DNA of 64,000 nucleotides from Bdellovibrionales bacterium (GTDB lineage Bacteria; Bdellovibrionota; Bdellovibrionia; Bdellovibrionales; UBA1609): NCBI GenBank assembly GCA_027317865.1, contig DAHVQG010000004.1, positions 32,001 to 96,000 of the forward strand, read 5' to 3'. Shown piece by piece: positions 58,089 to 64,000 of this stretch (position 1 is its first letter; each line of letters starts with the position of its first letter). The notes under the pieces were generated by a model. It saw only the letters and a program-made list of their open reading frames with translations, ran no database searches and was not told where the DNA came from. The position numbers and the translations under genes were made by a program.

Positions 58089-59504
58089 TCACGATGCTTC
58101 ATCGTCATCCAACTCATCGTCGCCAATCGTACCAAGTCGGTGCTTTTCGACTCGATAGCGCATGGATCGAAACGTGATACCGAGAAGTTTAGCCGCGCGT
58201 TTTTTCACCCCATCAGCGGAATGAATCGCTTTGACAAGCAATTCCTTTTCAATCTGTCCTAGAATCTTGTCAAGATCCACGCCGTCCTCGGTGATTTGAA
58301 TGTCGTGACTCGAAATCATTTTGTGCCCCGTCGGAGTGTTTACAAACGGAGGCAAACTTTCGGGCAAAATCGTGGCCCCCGCCTCAAGCGCAACCGTTCG
58401 TTCAATAATATTTTCGAGTTCGCGCACGTTGCCGGGGTAATCGTATTTTTTCAAAACGGCGAGCGCTTCGGCGCTGATACCTGAAATCGATTTGCCTAGC
58501 CGCTCGTTATATTTTTTTAGAAAATGTTGCGCCAGAACGGGAATGTCGTCCATACGCTCCCGCAATGCCGGCGCATGAATATTGATGACGTTTAGTCTGT
58601 AAAACAAGTCCTCACGGAATGTCTTTTCTTTTACCATTTCAGAAAGGTCGCGGTTTGTCGCGGCGATAATGCGTACGTCAACTTCGGTATCGTCGACGGC
58701 GCCCACGCGCCGAATGATTCGCTCTTGAATCACGCGCAGAAGTTTTACCTGTATCGACAGCGGCAGTTCTCCGACCTCGTCGAGAAAAATCGTCCCGCCA
58801 TCCGCAGCTTCAAACAAACCTTCTTTATCGACCACAGCTCCCGTAAATGAACCTTTTTTGTGTCCAAACATTTCTGATTCCATCAATGTTTCAGGAATGG
58901 CCCCGCAGTTGACCGGAATAAACGGTTTGTCATGAAATGGTCCGCTGAAGTGGACGGCTTTTGCGATCATTTCTTTACCGGTACCGCTTTCGCCGGTGAT
59001 TAATACGGTTGTTGGTGTATTACTCACGCGTCGGATAATTTCAAACACCCGGTGCATCGGTTCGGAATTACCGATGAGATTACCTAGACTGTTTTCTTTA
59101 CCCAATTCCTTTTTGAGGATTCGGTTCTCGCCCTCAAGCGATTTCGATCGCAGAGCATTCGCGATGTTGAGCCGAACCTCATCGATTTTAAAAGGCTTTG
59201 TGATGTAGTCGTATGCGCCCATTTTCATGGCATCGACCGCGTTTTCAGTTGTCCCAAACGCCGTGATCATCATAAATAACGTACCAGGGCTCTGCTCTTT
59301 GATCTGCTTCAAAAGCTCAATGCCCGTGACTTTCGGCATTTGTAAATCAGAAATCACCAGGTCAAACGATTTCTTTTTAAAAAGATCCAGTGCGCGCTCA
59401 CCGTCTTCGGCGCACGTCACCTCGTAACCTTCTTTTTTAAGCATGATTTCGAGAAATTCGCGGATTGACTCCTCGTCGTCAACGACCAAAATGCGCGCTT
59501 TCAT
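58089..59504 (-). CDS. pilR: Sigma-54-dependent response regulator, PilR-like
   Basis: REC domain, GESGTGKE, GSFTGA, FLDEVGE, FREDLFYRLNV, C-terminal HTH; follows pilC and pilS. Confidence 0.85.
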   Translation of the reverse strand: MKARILVVDDEESIREFLEIMLKKEGYEVTCAEDGERALDLFKKKSFDLVISDLQMPKVTGIELLKQIKEQSPGTLFMMITAFGTTENAVDAMKMGAYDYITKPFKIDEVRLNIANALRSKSLEGENRILKKELGKENSLGNLIGNSEPMHRVFEIIRRVSNTPTTVLITGESGTGKEMIAKAVHFSGPFHDKPFIPVNCGAIPETLMESEMFGHKKGSFTGAVVDKEGLFEAADGGTIFLDEVGELPLSIQVKLLRVIQERIIRRVGAVDDTEVDVRIIAATNRDLSEMVKEKTFREDLFYRLNVINIHAPALRERMDDIPVLAQHFLKKYNERLGKSISGISAEALAVLKKYDYPGNVRELENIIERTVALEAGATILPESLPPFVNTPTGHKMISSHDIQITEDGVDLDKILGQIEKELLVKAIHSADGVKKRAAKLLGITFRSMRYRVEKHRLGTIGDDELDDDEAS

Positions 59505-59525
59505 TTCTGGGCTCCTTTCATTCAA

Positions 59526-61220
59526 TCATCCAATGTTCGCCGCTGTAGTAGGTGACGGAAATATCACGGCAAAACGTGAACCGTTGCCAGGTTCACTTTC
59601 TACTTTAATTTCGGCATTATGAGACTCAACTATTTTTCGGGTAATCGCGAGTCCGAGACCCGTACCGCTCGGCTTTGTCGTATAAAACGGTTGAAATAAG
59701 CGGCTCATGTTATCTTTTGAAATGCCGCAACCATTGTCACAGATTAAAACGACAACCCGATGGTCCTCCGAATCGTAAGATTCTATTGAAATCTCAGGAT
59801 GGAGAGTATCGGTCATCGACTGATACGCATTCATCAACAAATTTAATAGAGCTTGTTTTAGTTTATCGTGATGCCCGTACACCAGCCCCTGCGCTCGTAA
59901 ATCAAGGTTCACTTTGACTTCACGGCTCAACCGTTGATTCAATTTTACCGAATCGCTCACCTCTTTGAGAAGCGTGTTGATCCGGATCGGATCTTCGATA
60001 CGTATATTGGGTCGCACAAAATCCAAAAACTCAGTGATCAGATTATTAAGTCGGTCAATTTCTTTTAGAATAATCTTAAATAGTTTACCCTCTTCAGGCG
60101 TTTCAACCTTTACGCTCGATTCCAAAAGTTGAATGCTGCCACTGATACTTGCAAGCGGATTGCGAATTTCATGAGCAATGCCGGCGGCGAGCTGGCCGAC
60201 GGCCGCAAGCGTTTCTTTCTGTCGGAGTTCAAATTCAAGATTTCGAATTTCGGTTACATTTTGCACAAGCAATATATATTGTTTCTCCGGTTGCGCCCGT
60301 TCAAATCCATGTCGCGCCACCAGTGCCGGAACGGGTGCTCGAACGGATGAAATGATAACCTCAAGTATTGATTTTTCACGTTTGTAATTATAGTGATCCA
60401 CTTCGATACGCCGAACACTGGCGTTTGGTGTCGACTCGTAAAGTTGAATCTCGGCGACCAACTCGGGCGCAAGATCACGCAAAGGACGGCCTTCCATACT
60501 TAAATCACCGAAAATTCTAGCCGCCCCCCGATTGGCAAAAACGATACCTCGTTTTTGATCAACCATCAGAATTCCTGAAGGTATATGTTCGACAATCAGT
60601 TTGTTAAAATCGGTGAGAGTTTGGACGTCTTCACGCGTTTCGCGTAAATCCGTCGAAATAAACTCAATTTGATCGCCAAGAAATCCTCCCAAAGCGCTTA
60701 CGGTCAGAATAGAGAGATTATTCAAAAGCCAACTGGCCTGCATGTGCGACGGAAAAAATTTAGGCGATAACGCGATCAAAATATTTACAAGAAAAGCCGA
60801 CCAAAGTCCCAGCTGTACACCGAATTGAGTGCCAAGGGTAACGCCGCCAAGAGCACAATTCATTAGCGCAAAAAACAAAAAGACCGAATTTGTACGACCG
60901 AACACTCCCATCAGAAATACGATGGCCAAGGCATCGAAGAAAAATAAGATTTTAAGTGCCCGGCGCGTGTTTTGCGATCGCGAAATGGTTTCGAGGGTCA
61001 AAACGTGCATGAGAAAGGCCGCCAGCATGAGAAGATTGACGGGCTGCCAAACGGCGAGATCTAAAAAATCGCTTTGCAAAAGCTGTAACAGTAAAAAACC
61101 GAAATATACGGCACTGTAAAGCGCAAGCCGCAACCACAGTAGGCCGTAGCCCACGACCTGAATGTCGAGTAACATTTCAGAGGAGTTTTCGTTTGAAGTT
61201 GCGGTAACGTTTTCTGTCAT
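59526..61220 (-). CDS. pilS: Membrane sensor histidine kinase, PilS-like
   Basis: About six TMs, PAS, AHEIRNPL, NLLMNA, DNGCG, GTGLGL. Confidence 0.83.
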   Translation of the reverse strand: MTENVTATSNENSSEMLLDIQVVGYGLLWLRLALYSAVYFGFLLLQLLQSDFLDLAVWQPVNLLMLAAFLMHVLTLETISRSQNTRRALKILFFFDALAIVFLMGVFGRTNSVFLFFALMNCALGGVTLGTQFGVQLGLWSAFLVNILIALSPKFFPSHMQASWLLNNLSILTVSALGGFLGDQIEFISTDLRETREDVQTLTDFNKLIVEHIPSGILMVDQKRGIVFANRGAARIFGDLSMEGRPLRDLAPELVAEIQLYESTPNASVRRIEVDHYNYKREKSILEVIISSVRAPVPALVARHGFERAQPEKQYILLVQNVTEIRNLEFELRQKETLAAVGQLAAGIAHEIRNPLASISGSIQLLESSVKVETPEEGKLFKIILKEIDRLNNLITEFLDFVRPNIRIEDPIRINTLLKEVSDSVKLNQRLSREVKVNLDLRAQGLVYGHHDKLKQALLNLLMNAYQSMTDTLHPEISIESYDSEDHRVVVLICDNGCGISKDNMSRLFQPFYTTKPSGTGLGLAITRKIVESHNAEIKVESEPGNGSRFAVIFPSPTTAANIG

Positions 61221-62464
61221 CAGTGACTCGCCGCTGTCGCCGCCATGTTGAATATTGGCAAATACATGGCGATAACCAATGTTCCAACAATACCACCAAG
61301 CACGACCATCATTATCGGCTCGATCATGCTCGTGAGAGCGCCGGCCGCAGTTTCGACCTCGTCTTCGTAAAAATTCGCGACTTTATCTAGCATTTGGTCC
61401 ATGGCACCGGTTTGCTCCCCGACCGAAATCATTTGTGCCACCATGTGCGGAATTACAGATGATTGTTTTAACGGCTCTGAGAGAGTTTTACCTTTCGTAA
61501 TGGAATCCTTCGCGCGCAACAACGTAGCCTCAATCGGCCAATTTTTTGTCGTTGCGGCCGCAATGTCTAGAGCTTCGACGATTTTAACGCCGGCCGAAAG
61601 CATGGTAGAAAGCGTTCTTGAAAATCGGGCAACCGCGCCTTTTTTGATTAAATCGCCGAAAACCGGGATCTTTAAAAGAATTGTGTCGATCGTACGCCGT
61701 CCGTCTTCAGTTTTATAATAATTCGAAATTAGTATGGGTATTGCGATAATTGTTCCCACTATGACATACCATCGATGCACGAAAAAGTGACTGGCCGCCA
61801 TGACCTGCAAAGTCAGCCAGGGCAATTTCATGTGCGCATCGGAAAACATTTTAACGAAACTTGGAATAACAAAAATCATAATGATCGTAATAACAAGAGC
61901 CGCCACAACTGAAACGGCCGCAGGGTAAAACAATGCCCCTTTAATTTTACCTTTTAGTTTCACGGTTTTCTCAATATAAATGGCTAGCCGGTTCAAGATC
62001 GTGTCGAGCACACCGCCTTCTTCGCCGGCATGAACTAAATTGACATACATGTTGTCGAAAATTTTCGGGTGCTCTCGCATACATTCCGCGAGTCGCCGCC
62101 CCTTACTCACTTCATCCAAAATCGACTTGAGGGCCGAATTTAATGCTTGTGAGCGCCCCGGCCCAATCATCGCTTCGAGACTTTGCACAATCGGAACACC
62201 GGACCCAATGAGCGTGGCAAATTGGCGCGTGAACACTTGCAATTCTTTTGGAGTAACCGAACCACCGAGTGAAAATCCGCCGCTCTTTTTTTTCACCGCT
62301 ACTTTTGTTATCGATGTGACGTTACCAGTTTTCGGCACAATCCTCAGGAGCATGAGCCGTTGGGCGCGAATTCTTACTCGCGCTTCAGCCTCATTAGCCG
62401 CTTCGACCTCACCTTTTACAACCTTGCCCTCGAGTGTTTTGGCTTGAAACAGAAATGCTGACAT
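61220..62464 (-). CDS. pilC: Type IV pilus inner-membrane platform protein
   Basis: FTRQFATL, GEEGGVLD, ARFSRTL, VGEQTG, AMYLPIF. Confidence 0.95.
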   Translation of the reverse strand: MSAFLFQAKTLEGKVVKGEVEAANEAEARVRIRAQRLMLLRIVPKTGNVTSITKVAVKKKSGGFSLGGSVTPKELQVFTRQFATLIGSGVPIVQSLEAMIGPGRSQALNSALKSILDEVSKGRRLAECMREHPKIFDNMYVNLVHAGEEGGVLDTILNRLAIYIEKTVKLKGKIKGALFYPAAVSVVAALVITIIMIFVIPSFVKMFSDAHMKLPWLTLQVMAASHFFVHRWYVIVGTIIAIPILISNYYKTEDGRRTIDTILLKIPVFGDLIKKGAVARFSRTLSTMLSAGVKIVEALDIAAATTKNWPIEATLLRAKDSITKGKTLSEPLKQSSVIPHMVAQMISVGEQTGAMDQMLDKVANFYEDEVETAAGALTSMIEPIMMVVLGGIVGTLVIAMYLPIFNMAATAASH

Positions 62465-63532
62465 TTATATTCCCGCCTTTTTTAGAAGCGCATCCAGTTC
62501 TTCGACGTCCGGGCTCTCCTCAAACGCATGTTTAATATCGATTTTTCTTTTTAATATCAGGTTCATGAGCGACTGATTGAGCGTCATCATTCCGCTTTTG
62601 TTCTGACCTACCTGCATCATCCCGTAAATTTGATGTAATTTATTTTCGCGCACAAGGTTGCGCACGCTGGGGTTAAGAACCAAAACTTCTACCGCCGCAA
62701 TCATACCGCCGCCGATCTGCGGGAGCAGTCGCTGCGATACAATCGCGTTCAGTGACATACTCAATTGGTTGCGAATGCGGTCTTGTTGATCAGACGGAAA
62801 AACATTTACAATACGTGAAATCGTCGAAACGGCCGAATTCGTGTGCAATGTCGCAAAAACCAAGTGACCCGTTTCAGCCACCGTGATCGCCGTTTCAATT
62901 GTACTCAGATCGCGCATCTCACCCACTAAACAGACGTCGGGGTCTTGCCGCAAAAGGTGGCGCAAACCGTCTTGGTACGACATCGTGTCAGAAAACACTT
63001 CGCGTTGATTCACAATACAACCTTTGTGATCGTGCACGTATTCAATCGGATCTTCGAGAGTCACGATATGACCGCGCCGCTCCTGATTAATGCGATCAAG
63101 AATCGACGCAATGGTAGTAGTTTTACCCGAACCGGTCGGCCCCACAACGAGCACAAGGCCATTCGGATAATTTGCGATTTCGCCAACAATTGACGGTAAA
63201 CCCAATGAGTTGAGATCGGGAATTGAATGCGGAATACGTCGAAAAACTCCTGATACGATACCGCGTTGATACATGAGGTTACCCCGAAACCTTGCTGTGC
63301 CTTTAATTCCGAAACTGAAATCGAGCTCACGGTCCGTTTCAAATTTTGCTTTTTGCGCATCGGTTAAAATCGAATAGCAAAGTTCTTTAGTTTCTTCAGG
63401 TGTCAGTTCGGGCGATTTCACTCTCACGATGCGCCCATCAATACGAAGCGCCGGGGCCGAACCGGCCACGATATGAAGATCCGAAGCATTTTGTTTCACA
63501 ACTGTTTTAAGCAGTTGTTGCAAACTGATCAC
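62465..63532 (-). CDS. pilT: Type IV pilus retraction ATPase
   Basis: ASDLH, GPTGSGKT, EDPIE, LRQDPD, ETGHLVFATLH, SVRNLVRE (AIRNLIRE motif). Confidence 0.95.
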   Translation of the reverse strand: MISLQQLLKTVVKQNASDLHIVAGSAPALRIDGRIVRVKSPELTPEETKELCYSILTDAQKAKFETDRELDFSFGIKGTARFRGNLMYQRGIVSGVFRRIPHSIPDLNSLGLPSIVGEIANYPNGLVLVVGPTGSGKTTTIASILDRINQERRGHIVTLEDPIEYVHDHKGCIVNQREVFSDTMSYQDGLRHLLRQDPDVCLVGEMRDLSTIETAITVAETGHLVFATLHTNSAVSTISRIVNVFPSDQQDRIRNQLSMSLNAIVSQRLLPQIGGGMIAAVEVLVLNPSVRNLVRENKLHQIYGMMQVGQNKSGMMTLNQSLMNLILKRKIDIKHAFEESPDVEELDALLKKAGI

Positions 63533-64000
63533 AGGTCATCCTCGACGGTGCTATCCATGACTTCTTCAACAGACGTTTCGCCCGCTTTCAATTTCAATAG
63601 AGCCGATCGCCGGAGCGTCATCATGTGGTCGTCTTTTACCGCGCGCCGCTTTAGCTCAAGAGTTGAAGCGTTTTTAAAAATTGCGTCTTTCACGCTGGCC
63701 GAAAATTTCAATACTTCAAATACGGCCATGCGCCCTCTTAACCCTGTGCCACCGCAAGCGTCGCAGCCTTCACCCCTGCGCAGTTTGGTGTATTCCGAAA
63801 GCTCCGGCTCAAGCACACCGAGCTTAAGAAGTGTTTCTGGCGGCACATGAGCTTCAACTGTACAACTTTTGCAGACGCGCTTTAAAAGACGTTGCGCTAC
63901 AACCAGCGACGTGCTTTCAGCAACGAGATAATTGGGCACTCCCATGGAAGTAAGCCGGTTCACCGTCGACGCGGTATCGTTCGTGTGCAAAGTAGAGACC
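63529..64000 (-). CDS. pilB: Type IV pilus assembly ATPase (3' part; start beyond the window)
   Basis: STLHTND, AQRLLKRVCKSC, GEGCDACGGTG.RGR, ETSVEEV; pilB-pilT-pilC order. Confidence 0.92.
   Translation of the reverse strand, partial: VSTLHTNDTASTVNRLTSMGVPNYLVAESTSLVVAQRLLKRVCKSCTVEAHVPPETLLKLGVLEPELSEYTKLRRGEGCDACGGTGLRGRMAVFEVLKFSASVKDAIFKNASTLELKRRAVKDDHMMTLRRSALLKLKAGETSVEEVMDSTVEDDL

Noticed and set aside
57986-58177. 63-aa plus-strand ORF
   Set aside because: Antisense to tRNA-Arg and the end of pilR; spurious.
140-63850. Numerous 60-190 aa ORFs overlapping called genes (e.g. 17184..17759, 34010..34516, 54359..54943)
   Set aside because: Antisense or alternate-frame shadows of well-supported genes with no recognisable motifs.

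Overview
Gene-dense chromosomal window from a likely Bdellovibrionota (predatory) bacterium; the taxon is inferred from gene style and content, not proven. Positions 1-39.8 kb and 58-64 kb are mostly housekeeping genes: purB/purM, der-rnc-mtaB-mnmA-iscS, tsaE, gap-pgk-tpiA, tmk-holB-tatD, secG, a SplB-like radical SAM enzyme, a gldAFG-like ABC cluster, greB, dksA, pilB-pilT-pilC-pilS-pilR and tRNA-Arg(CCT). The standout is a tightly coupled nine-gene minus-strand operon (39793-57613) just downstream of tRNA-Arg. All nine proteins have an N-terminal export-signal-like sequence and a terminal C-x-x-hydrophobic-hydrophobic motif, yet most look like normally cytoplasmic enzymes. They are two tandem-domain LOG phosphoribohydrolases, a PRPP synthetase with a duplicated N-domain, three paralogous PRTase-like proteins, a triple-AAA+ Clp/FtsH-protease fusion, a CCA/poly(A)-polymerase-like nucleotidyltransferase and an EEP nuclease. 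My inference is an exported nucleotide-to-ribose-phosphate-to-PRPP-to-phosphoribosyl-transfer effector system, probably delivered into prey, with a shared sorting tag. No CRISPR array, integrase or rRNA was seen. All calls come from reading motifs by eye; no database searches were run.
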